Shown: positions 42,550 to 50,698 of the stretch, in pieces
Layout: every line of letters begins with the position of its first letter
How positions within the stretch are numbered: position 1 is the first letter of the stretch
Origin: an uncultured Candidatus Entotheonella sp.
GTDB lineage: Bacteria; Tectomicrobia; Entotheonellia; Entotheonellales; Entotheonellaceae
Assembly: GCA_965217185.1 (NCBI GenBank)
Contig: OZ244252.1
Location: 896,001 to 960,000 of the forward strand
Reading direction: 5' to 3'
DNA length: 64,000 nucleotides
The notes under the pieces: generated by a model
Told to the model about the DNA's origin: nothing
Seen by the model: the letters and a program-made list of their open reading frames with translations, nothing else
Database searches by the model: none
Position numbers and translations under genes: made by a program

Positions 42550-43230
42550 TCAGCCCTGAAGCAGGCGCGCCACGTGCCGGTGCTGCCAAGCCTCGGCTTG
42601 CTCAAAGTGTGGGAATCGGCGCTCTGCGCGACGAAACGCCGGGGTGTGAATCGACCAACGGCCGTTGATGCGTTGCGGCGGGTTGAACTGGTGCAGCATC
42701 TCGTGGAACACGACGTTCTCGACCACGTATCGCGGCACGAACGCCTGGTCCAACAGGGGATTGATACGGATTAGCCGCTCACTGGAATTGTAAGCCCCGA
42801 AGCGTATCGACCGGCGCGGGCGCCTCGGTGGTTGGCGGCCCCAGGTAATGCGTGCCTGCACTTGCTTGCCAAAATAGTCGCGGTTCAAGGCTTGGTAAAT
42901 GGCTTCAAGGTCGAAATACTGCCCTCCGGGTCGAAGTGTGCGGGCATGGGCGCGGCGTTGGCGCTGGGGTTTCAGCAGATGCTGGTGACGTCGCACGTAT
43001 TGCCGGAGGATGGCGGACGCCCCGGCGTCTGTTCCTCGGACGTGGTCGACCAAGGCCCCCCACACGGTTCCAGGCGCTTGGCGAAACAGTTGCTGTACTC
43101 GCAGGTGATACCCGGCGACCGCGTTGCCTTTGACCGATATCATCACGGAGCGATTGTCGGTCCACACCAATGACACAGGCGCGGAAAGCCGCTGGCTGAG
43201 CCATAAGCGCCGTTCGTCATCCCCGCCCAT
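42550..43230 (-). CDS. SprT/M48-like Zn metalloprotease domain protein
   Basis: LNRDYFG, IRINPLLD, VFHEMLH, HTPAF. Confidence 0.75.
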   Translation of the reverse strand: MGGDDERRLWLSQRLSAPVSLVWTDNRSVMISVKGNAVAGYHLRVQQLFRQAPGTVWGALVDHVRGTDAGASAILRQYVRRHQHLLKPQRQRRAHARTLRPGGQYFDLEAIYQALNRDYFGKQVQARITWGRQPPRRPRRSIRFGAYNSSERLIRINPLLDQAFVPRYVVENVVFHEMLHQFNPPQRINGRWSIHTPAFRRAERRFPHFEQAEAWQHRHVARLLQG

Positions 43231-43261
43231 TTGTCCTTCCCCTTGTAACCGGATTGGTGTC

Positions 43262-44548
43262 TTATCCGTCATTACGACTGAGCACATCCAGACCGCACCG
43301 CTGGCACAGGGGCATTGCTTCCAGAAAATTTCCTGCCAGCACTGGTTCTGTTGCCGGACGGTCGCACCACCAACACGGCTCCCCATATTGATACAGCGCT
43401 TGGAGCAGGGCTATCAACTCCGGGTGGTCGCGCCGCCGCACCCTGCCCTTTTGCTCGAAACGCTGCCGCAGCGCCAGCAGCCGTTCCCGGCGGTGCTCAC
43501 TCGAGCCCTCGAAGGCCAATTGCACGGCTTCGTATTGACGCCGGGCAATGCGGCGCTGACCGCGTTCGATGGTATAGGCCAGCAGAAACGGCACGGCGAA
43601 GACCGATACGAAGAAATAGAGGATGAGTCCCGCATAGGTGGCAAGGCTGGTGCCAAAACGCCGCAACCCGGCGATGAATCGCTGGCCGGGTTCGTCGGTC
43701 GCGTCGCAGGCGTGGAGCGTTTTCATGTAATGTTCGGCCGCGTCGGGATTGAGGATGCCTGCGCCGAGGCTCCGGCCTGCGCCGGTAACCGGATCCGCCG
43801 TGCGAGTGAGGGCCTTCAGGCCGGTCCGGGGCGTTGTGCAGGGCGTGTCCAGGAGGAGTTGTCCGAGCACCCCGGCGACCATTGGACTGGCAAACGAGGT
43901 GCCGCTGGCCATACCCATCTGCAACGGGCTTCTGACGAACTGCCAACCCGGCGCGCACAGGCTGACCCAGGTGCCGTAGTTGGAATAGGCCGCTTTTTCC
44001 CGGCTGTGTCGAGTGCTTGAACAAACGCCGACCACTTCCGGCAGTGCTGCCGGGTAAAAGGAATCGTCCCGGTCGTCGTTGCCCGCCGCGGCGATGAAAA
44101 TCAAACCGGCGCCCCGCATCCGACGCACTTGCGTGTGCAAGATCTCGTCATAGGCATAACTGCCCAGGCTGACGTTGACCAGGAGCGTCGTCCCGGCATC
44201 GTACTGGCGGCTGAGATCGTCGATATGCAGCAGCGCCTGCACGATGTTGCGCGAGCTGAGGTCGCCGTGCAGGTTAATGGGCAGGGTCGTGCAGAGGGGG
44301 CATTGCCGTTGGATGACGCTGCGCACCTGCGCCCCATGCGTGTCGAAGGCGTCCTGTGTGTCCACCACGAAGGTAACCACCTGCTGGCGCGTGGACGCCA
44401 CGCTGGCGGGTGCGTCTTCATCGCTCGGCGCGGGCGGCGACAGCGGTATCCCGAAGAGCCCCGTGAGGGCGAGCCAGCCGGCGGTAATCACGGCACCGTA
44501 GATGACCGTCCGCCGGTGCCGTTTGTAAGGGGACTCCTCCGCAGTCAT
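43262..44548 (-). CDS. Membrane-anchored S8 (subtilisin-like) serine peptidase
   Basis: VVDT...THG, NVSLG, AAAGND, YPAA, GTSFASPMVAG. Two hydrophobic segments; C-terminal CWWC...CQRC. Confidence 0.75.
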   Translation of the reverse strand: MTAEESPYKRHRRTVIYGAVITAGWLALTGLFGIPLSPPAPSDEDAPASVASTRQQVVTFVVDTQDAFDTHGAQVRSVIQRQCPLCTTLPINLHGDLSSRNIVQALLHIDDLSRQYDAGTTLLVNVSLGSYAYDEILHTQVRRMRGAGLIFIAAAGNDDRDDSFYPAALPEVVGVCSSTRHSREKAAYSNYGTWVSLCAPGWQFVRSPLQMGMASGTSFASPMVAGVLGQLLLDTPCTTPRTGLKALTRTADPVTGAGRSLGAGILNPDAAEHYMKTLHACDATDEPGQRFIAGLRRFGTSLATYAGLILYFFVSVFAVPFLLAYTIERGQRRIARRQYEAVQLAFEGSSEHRRERLLALRQRFEQKGRVRRRDHPELIALLQALYQYGEPCWWCDRPATEPVLAGNFLEAMPLCQRCGLDVLSRNDG

Positions 44549-44571
44549 GGTTGCATGCGGCGCCGGGTAGG

Positions 44572-45354
44572 CTAAACCACCGCGCCAGCTCCCCCATCGA
44601 TATTGACCGCGGTGCCGGTGATGAACGCGGCGCGGGCCGAGGCCAGGAACGCCACCAGGTCGGCGACGTCCTCCGCCTCCCCGATACGGCCGACTGGGGT
44701 GCGCTTGCCGACTTGCTCGTAATACGCCTCCAGGGACATCTCCGGCGCCTCAAGCTGGTGACGGCGTTCCCATTGCGCGCTTTTCAGAATGCCCAGGCAG
44801 ATCGTGTTCACCAGGATGTTTTCCGGGGCGTACTCGGTGGCCATGGATTTGGTGAGGTTGATTCCGGCAGCGCGGCTGACGGAGGTGGGAAGGGCCTTCT
44901 GGCCGGGGGCTTTGCCGCCGATCGTTGTCATGTTGATGATGCGTCCGCCGCCGCGCTGGCGCATGAACGGAATGGCGGCCTTGGAACAGCGGATGGTGCC
45001 GAACAGCTTGATTTCCAGGTCCTCGCGCCACAGGTCGTCGTCCGCGTCGAGGAACCCTTTGGCGCGCGAGCCGCCGGCGTTGTTCACCAGAATGTCGATG
45101 CCACCGTAGCGCTCGACGGTTTTGTTGATGAGATTGGCGACCTCATCATCGCTGCAAACGTCCGTCGGCACCGCCAGCACCTCAACGCCGGTTTGCGCTT
45201 TGACCATGTTGGCGGCTTCCTGCAGCACCTCCGGGCGACGCGCGCAGATGGCCACGTGGGCCCCTTCCTCACACAGCCGAACGGCGGAGGCCCTGCCGAT
45301 GCCCTCGCTGCCGCCGGTAATGACCGCCACCTTGCCTTCCAAGCCCAGATCCAT
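44572..45354 (-). CDS. SDR family oxidoreductase
   Basis: TGGSEGIG, NNAGG, atypical TSVSR active-site segment. Confidence 0.9.
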   Translation of the reverse strand: MDLGLEGKVAVITGGSEGIGRASAVRLCEEGAHVAICARRPEVLQEAANMVKAQTGVEVLAVPTDVCSDDEVANLINKTVERYGGIDILVNNAGGSRAKGFLDADDDLWREDLEIKLFGTIRCSKAAIPFMRQRGGGRIINMTTIGGKAPGQKALPTSVSRAAGINLTKSMATEYAPENILVNTICLGILKSAQWERRHQLEAPEMSLEAYYEQVGKRTPVGRIGEAEDVADLVAFLASARAAFITGTAVNIDGGAGAVV

Positions 45355-45370
45355 AACGTCTGTTCCTTAT

Positions 45371-45460
45371 GTAGATCGGATTAGCGAAGCGTAATCCGAC
45401 ATTCGACCGCGCCACACGGGCTTCTTCTGTCGGATTACACCTGCGGCTAATCCGACCTAC
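45371..45460. repeat. Inverted GTAG-type REP doublet
   Basis: GTAGATCGGATTAGCGAAGCGTAATCCGACA ... TGTCGGATTACACCTGCGGCTAATCCGACCTAC. Confidence 0.8.
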
Positions 45461-45601
45461 TTCATCGGCGAAGTATATCACGCTGGATTGGAGCGAATCG
45501 TAGAGACAGGGGCCTTGGGGACAACGGGTGGGAAGCAATGAACGCGGGGAGCCGGAGGCCCTTGCGAGCCCCCGGCAATCTGCCAGACATTCAGGGCAGG
45601 T

Positions 45602-46681
45602 TTACGGCAATTGATAACCTTCCTTGCCAACGCGGATGCGGTACAGGCTCTTGCCCGAGGTCACGTACAGCAGGTTGGCGTCCTCGCCGCGGCCAAAGCC
45701 GACATTGGTAGGCAATTCTTCGCCCGTCGAGATGAAGGCCAATTCGTTGCCTTGCGGATCGAGGACTTGCACGCCGGCGTGCCACTCGCAGCGCGACGCC
45801 ACCCAAACGTTGCCGTCCACGTCAGCCACCATGCCGTCGGGGCCGCCGCACGGCGGGTCGAGCTTGGCGTAGTCGATCAGCACGCGGCGGTTGCTCAGGT
45901 TGCCGTTGTCGTCCACGTCATAAGCCTGCAGCAGGTGCGGGCCTTGCACGGGGCTTTCGCCCTCCTTGAGGTTCTGGAACTCGAACCAGCCGTTGTCGTT
46001 GCTGACGATGTACATCGTCTTCTGGTCCGGGGAAATGAGGATGCCATTGCACTTGGCGCAATTGGCCGCCGCGCGCGTCACGGTGCCGTCCGGATCGAGC
46101 CGGTAAGCGGCATAGCCGTCTTGGAAGATTGGCTCGTGGCCCAGGTAGCGCGGATCGGTGAAATAGATGCGCCCTTTTTCATCGATGGTGATGTCGTTGA
46201 GCGCGTTGTAGGAACGCCCGTCGTAACGGCCAGACAGGATATAAGTTTTGCCGGTCGACATGTCGGTCTTGATGAGCATGCGGCCGCCGTAATCGGCGCC
46301 CAAGGCGGCGATCATGTTGCCGTCGCGGTCGAACTTGATGCCGTTCGACATACCCGACGGGCTACGGAAGACTGACGATTCGCCGGTGCTGGGATCGAAT
46401 TTCCAGATGTTGCCGGCCTGCAGGTACTGGCCCGAGGGGTCCTTGCAGAAGGCCGTGAAGGTGATGTCGCTGAAATACATCATGCCATCGTGACCGGCGG
46501 CTACGCCCTCGGTGAGCATGCAGCCGCCGTCGAACACGCGGTCGAGACGGGCATCGGGCGGCACGAGTGAGGGGTCGCCGGAGGGTGCCGGAAAGCCCGG
46601 GTCATCGGCGTACGCGGCGGAAACCATGAGCAGCGCGCCCAGCAGTGCGACGCCCCAGCGGATAGGCCGTAAGGTCTTCAT
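45602..46681 (-). CDS. Secreted SMP-30/gluconolactonase family protein
   Basis: Signal peptide, TEGV, SNG, LND, NGI, PDGM, PTNVGFG. Confidence 0.88.
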   Translation of the reverse strand: MKTLRPIRWGVALLGALLMVSAAYADDPGFPAPSGDPSLVPPDARLDRVFDGGCMLTEGVAAGHDGMMYFSDITFTAFCKDPSGQYLQAGNIWKFDPSTGESSVFRSPSGMSNGIKFDRDGNMIAALGADYGGRMLIKTDMSTGKTYILSGRYDGRSYNALNDITIDEKGRIYFTDPRYLGHEPIFQDGYAAYRLDPDGTVTRAAANCAKCNGILISPDQKTMYIVSNDNGWFEFQNLKEGESPVQGPHLLQAYDVDDNGNLSNRRVLIDYAKLDPPCGGPDGMVADVDGNVWVASRCEWHAGVQVLDPQGNELAFISTGEELPTNVGFGRGEDANLLYVTSGKSLYRIRVGKEGYQLP

Positions 46682-46871
46682 CGTTCTCTCCTTCCAATGG
46701 GACCGAGTTTTGAGTCTCGATCAGTGGGACATTATGGGCATTCCCCTTTCCTGCTCCCTCAGAGGGGGAAGGAAAAAACCAGTGCCAGACTTGATCCGAG
46801 TGTCCAGAATGAGGGGGAAATGCAAGGGGAGTATAAGTTTTGCCAGCCTGGGTATCAATTATCATTTCAGG

Positions 46872-47687
46872 TTAGTGCATGACGTAGCCACCGGCGACAT
46901 TGAGCGCGATGCCCGTGACGTTGTCCGCCTGCGCTAGGTAGACGACCGCCTCGCCGATGTCGTCGGGGGTCTGCGGGCGGCCCAGCGGCATCAGAGTCTT
47001 GGCATATTCCTGGAAGGCCGCCTCTCGGTCCTCCCCTACCTGCTCCGTGCGTTCAGCCAGCATGACATCCAACCACATGGTGGTACCGAGAATACCTGGG
47101 CACACAGCATTGACCGTGATGTTGTGCGCCGCCGCCTCGTGTGCCAGGGACTGCGTGAAGCCGACGACGGCGAACTTGGAGGCGCAGTAGGCCGACATGC
47201 GGGCAGAGCCGCGCTTGCCGGCAATGGAGGCGGTGTTGATGATGCGGCCCTGGCGCCGCTTGATCATGCCGGGAAGCACCGCCTTGCAGCCCAGGAAGAC
47301 GCCTTTGACGTTAACGTTCATCATGGCATCCCACTGCGCTTCGGTGGTTTCGGCGACCGTTCCGGTGTCGATGACGCCGGCGTTGTTGCAAAGGATGTCG
47401 ATGGGGCCGAGTTGCTGCGTGACGGTGGCTACTATCGCTTCCAACTGAGCCATATCGGTCACGTCCACGGGCACGCCGACGGCGCGGCCGCCGTGGGCCT
47501 TCAGACCCTCCACGGCCTGCATCACGTCGCGCTCGGCGGCAAATGCGTACCCCGCCGTGCCTTGGCTGGGTGTGTACAGATCGGCTACGGCGACGTGCAC
47601 GCCCTGATGCGCCAAGGCGTGGGCGATGCCAAGGCCGATGCCGCGGGCGCCGCCGGTCACGACGGCCACTTTATCTCGCAAATCCAT
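46872..47687 (-). CDS. SDR family oxidoreductase
   Basis: TGGARGIG, NNAGV, YCASK. Confidence 0.92.
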   Translation of the reverse strand: MDLRDKVAVVTGGARGIGLGIAHALAHQGVHVAVADLYTPSQGTAGYAFAAERDVMQAVEGLKAHGGRAVGVPVDVTDMAQLEAIVATVTQQLGPIDILCNNAGVIDTGTVAETTEAQWDAMMNVNVKGVFLGCKAVLPGMIKRRQGRIINTASIAGKRGSARMSAYCASKFAVVGFTQSLAHEAAAHNITVNAVCPGILGTTMWLDVMLAERTEQVGEDREAAFQEYAKTLMPLGRPQTPDDIGEAVVYLAQADNVTGIALNVAGGYVMH

Positions 47688-47789
47688 AGGATTGACGCTC
47701 CTCTAATGTTCTGTCGGTATCTATCGGGAAAAATTCGGGTCATTCTCCACAACGCAATCCATCCCATCATACCACTCAGGGGCGTCAAC

Positions 47790-47828
47790 CCGTGTGACGC
47801 TCGCCGCGCCGCCTGCAACGTCACACGG
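47790..47828. promoter_or_regulatory. Inverted repeat, candidate enhancer-binding-protein site
   Basis: CCGTGTGACG-N19-CGTCACACGG, about 80-120 bp upstream of the sigma54 motif. Confidence 0.45.
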
Positions 47829-47908
47829 TGTTGCACTCTGTCGTCCGATGCCTGAGCGAAGCATTCGAAACGCCTCGTGTCCTGCCGAAAAATCAAGCCG
47901 TCTCGACT

Positions 47909-47925
47909 TTGGCACAGAGATTGCT
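47909..47925 (+). promoter_or_regulatory. Sigma54 (-24/-12) promoter
   Basis: TTGGCAC-AGAGA-TTGCT matches the TGGCAC-N5-TTGC consensus, 75 bp before the first hsp20. Confidence 0.75.
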
Positions 47926-48000
47926 CCTGTTTAGTGGCCGTGGTTGGGACGCCAGGAGGCGCCCCGACGTTGACCATCCCCTTTCTGAAGAAGGAATACG

Positions 48001-48456
48001 ATGATGATAAAAAGTCCTGTGTGGAACGACATCGAGACCCTGTGGCACGAGATGGACAAAGCCTTCACCGGCCTGCGATTCACGTCGCCGGTGGCGGGCC
48101 TGGTGGACCATGCGTTCGGCAGTTACCCGTCGGTGCGGCTGCACGAGGGCCCGGAGGCTCTGTACGTCGAGGCCATGGTCCCCGGCGTCGATCCCGAGAC
48201 CCTGAATCTGTCCGTGGTCCGGCGTACCCTGACGCTGGTGGGCGAGAAACGGCCCCTGCATACGGATACGAACGTCGAACCGAAGGTGTTTCACCGTAAG
48301 GAGCGTTCGGAGGGTAGGTTCGAGCGCCGGTTCACCCTGCCCATTGAGGTGGACACGGACAAGGTGAGCGCCGAGTACACGGATGGCATGCTGAGGGTGA
48401 CGCTGCCCAAATTGGGCCAGGATATGCCCAGGCAGATCAGCATCCAGACGGCGTAG
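48001..48456 (+). CDS. Hsp20 small heat-shock protein
   Basis: YPSVRL, PGVDP, RKERSEGRFERRFTLP, YTDGMLRVTLPK. Confidence 0.93.
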   Translation: MMIKSPVWNDIETLWHEMDKAFTGLRFTSPVAGLVDHAFGSYPSVRLHEGPEALYVEAMVPGVDPETLNLSVVRRTLTLVGEKRPLHTDTNVEPKVFHRKERSEGRFERRFTLPIEVDTDKVSAEYTDGMLRVTLPKLGQDMPRQISIQTA

Positions 48457-48511
48457 TGGCGTGAAGAAACAGCGGCTCAGAACAGAAATCAACCTAAGGA
48501 GGAAACTGGAG

Positions 48512-48910
48512 ATGACCGAGCACAATGTTGCAGTTGCGGAAACATCCAAGGCGACGCCTGCGGCGCTGACGAATGGCCAGCCCGAGCATTACATGTCGCC
48601 GCCGGTCGACATCTATGAAACGGCGGACGGCTTTGCCCTCGTGGCGGACCTGCCGGGCGTGTCGCAGGACAACCTTGAGGTGAGCGTGACCCACAACGTT
48701 CTCACCATCAAGGGGCACGGGCCTCAGAAGCTCCCCGGCAAAGCGCGGTATCAGGAGTTTCAGTTGGCCTCGGTATTTCGCCAGTTTAAGCTCAATAACG
48801 CGTTTAATACGGATCAGGTTGACGCCGAACTCAAGAACGGTGTCCTGCAGCTCCGTATCCCCAAAGCCAAAGCGGCGGTGGCCCGTCAGATCGAGATCAA
48901 GGTTGCCTAG
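48512..48910 (+). CDS. Hsp20 small heat-shock protein
   Basis: PPVDIYET, ADLPGV, LKNGVLQLRIPK. Confidence 0.93.
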   Translation: MTEHNVAVAETSKATPAALTNGQPEHYMSPPVDIYETADGFALVADLPGVSQDNLEVSVTHNVLTIKGHGPQKLPGKARYQEFQLASVFRQFKLNNAFNTDQVDAELKNGVLQLRIPKAKAAVARQIEIKVA

Positions 48911-48924
48911 CTGACGGCGGAAAC

Positions 48925-48957
48925 CTCCCGGGTAGGGCTCCGTATCCTGCCCGGGAG
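48925..48957 (+). terminator. Stem-loop after the hsp20 pair
   Basis: CTCCCGGGTAGG...CCTGCCCGGGAG, with only a weak U-tract. Confidence 0.5.
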
Positions 48958-49139
48958 TTGCCCCTCGCATCCTCCCCGGTTACCAAGCCCGACACATCCC
49001 TCTCCTGTCTTTCCTATCCTTGCACCGGCCTGCTGGCCCCACTAAAATGGCCCCACTTTTGGGTTCTTCTCATGCTGGGTTTCGTCCTCACGCCAACTTT
49101 CTCCAGCCGAGGAGAGAGGAAGCAAAATCGGGAGCCGAT

Positions 49140-49631
49140 ATGTCATCCACTGATACCTTTCTGGCCAACAACGCCCGTTACGCCGAACAGTTTCAAAAGC
49201 AGAACACCCCCTTGCCGCCCGGTAAGCAGACCGCCATCGTCGCCTGCATGGATGCCCGGCTCGAAACGGGTCGCATGCTCGGTCTCGAAGAAGGCGATGC
49301 CCACGTGATCCGCAACGCCGGTGGTGTTGTCACCGATGACGTGTTGCGCTCCCTCGTCATTTCGCAGCGCCTGCTTGGCACTCGGGAAATCATCCTCATT
49401 CACCACACCGACTGCGGCATGCTGACCTTCAAGGACGACGAGGTGAAAGCCGGGATCGAAGCCGACACCGGCCTGCGTCCGGCGTTCGCGCTGGAGGCGT
49501 TCCCGAATCTCGAGGACGACGTGCGGCAGTCCGTGCGCCGCATCCGGGCCTGCCCCTTTATTCCGGTGAAGGATCAGATTCGCGGTTTCGTTTACGACGT
49601 CGAGACCGGCCGCTTGAACGAAGTCACCTGA
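49140..49631 (+). CDS. Beta-class carbonic anhydrase
   Basis: CMDAR, RNAGG, HHTDCG. Confidence 0.92.
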   Translation: MSSTDTFLANNARYAEQFQKQNTPLPPGKQTAIVACMDARLETGRMLGLEEGDAHVIRNAGGVVTDDVLRSLVISQRLLGTREIILIHHTDCGMLTFKDDEVKAGIEADTGLRPAFALEAFPNLEDDVRQSVRRIRACPFIPVKDQIRGFVYDVETGRLNEVT

Positions 49632-49719
49632 CAGGGTGCATTCTCCGGCACCATAACCGACCCAATCCGTTGCCAGTGGCATGGTTTCACACCCCAGCCC
49701 AGATAGGAATCCTTAGCTT

Positions 49720-50169
49720 ATGAAGCCCCTGCGTCTCGCCCTTGCCTTGTTTGCCGCTATAACTTTGTGGAATGGTGCCGTTGTTCACGCCACCGCTACG
49801 GATCCCGATTGCGCCTCAGAAGAGGACAAGGTTCCCTGTCTGGCGGCAAAAGGCGACCCCATGGCCATGTATGTGATGGGAAGACGCGCCTACGACGTCG
49901 GCCGGATTTCCGGGGATTTGACGGAGGCGCTGGCGTGGGGAAAAAAGGTGGCTGAGGCAAGACGGCACACCGGCGGGCAATTGCTGAAAATGGTGTATCT
50001 GCAGCTAGGTGAGGGCGTGCACCGTGACTACGTGCAGGCCCACGTCTGGCTGCGTGAAGCCATCGACAGTAGTGAGGCGAACTTGTACCTGATTCCATGG
50101 CTGGAGCGGTTGGAAGCGAAGATGGGGCCGGAACAGATTGAAAGGGCTAAACAACTGGCGGCTAACTGA
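49720..50169 (+). CDS. Secreted Sel1-repeat-like protein
   Basis: Signal peptide; AAKGDPMAMYVMG, GEGVHRDYVQAHVWL. Confidence 0.65.
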   Translation: MKPLRLALALFAAITLWNGAVVHATATDPDCASEEDKVPCLAAKGDPMAMYVMGRRAYDVGRISGDLTEALAWGKKVAEARRHTGGQLLKMVYLQLGEGVHRDYVQAHVWLREAIDSSEANLYLIPWLERLEAKMGPEQIERAKQLAAN

Positions 50170-50195
50170 GGAACCACCTGCCGCCGGGAGGAAGA

Positions 50196-50582
50196 CTACG
50201 GCTTGGCTTTGAATTGAGTTTGGATGAACTTGGCCACGGTTTCAATTTCTCGCTTACTCAAGATCGGCTTGAATGTGGGCATGCCTTTGTCTCGCCGGCC
50301 GTTGGTGATGACGGCCACGATTTCTTCGTGATTGAGTTGGGTGTCCCGCAAATTCGCCGCGTAGCCGCCGTAGCTGGGACCGCCGCTACCGTCCTGTTTG
50401 TGGCACGGTACGCACCTGTTGTACAGTCTCTTCCCTTTTCTCAATTCAGCAGCTGCGTCGGCAGTTGAGGTCTGGGACATCGCCGCACCGGGCAGGATGA
50501 CGCAAAAGACAAGTAATAAGCCGAATACCCCAAACTCAGATCTTCCTCGCATACCCATTCCAGATTTCCCGCCTGTCCGCAT
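50196..50582 (-). CDS. Periplasmic monoheme cytochrome c (start uncertain)
   Basis: Signal peptide, CVPCH, distal GMPTF. Downstream of the PQQ dehydrogenase. Confidence 0.85.
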   Translation of the reverse strand: MRTGGKSGMGMRGRSEFGVFGLLLVFCVILPGAAMSQTSTADAAAELRKGKRLYNRCVPCHKQDGSGGPSYGGYAANLRDTQLNHEEIVAVITNGRRDKGMPTFKPILSKREIETVAKFIQTQFKAKP

Positions 50583-50647
50583 GTTCGTTTCCTGAGAAAG
50601 TGCGCTGTTTCGGGTTGTGTCCGCTTGTCCGTCAGAAGTATGTAGGC

Positions 50648-50686
50648 GAAAAGAAACGGGTGGACCGAAAAGCCGAGTCCACCCGT
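50648..50686 (-). terminator. Intrinsic terminator after the PQQ dehydrogenase
   Basis: Minus strand ACGGGTGGAC-loop-GTCCACCCGT-TTCTTTTC. Confidence 0.7.
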
Positions 50687-50698
50687 CCGGTTCAGGGG

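Noticed and set aside
47830..47856. CIRCE element before hsp20
   Set aside because: Only a partial left arm (TTGCACTC); the right arm is absent.
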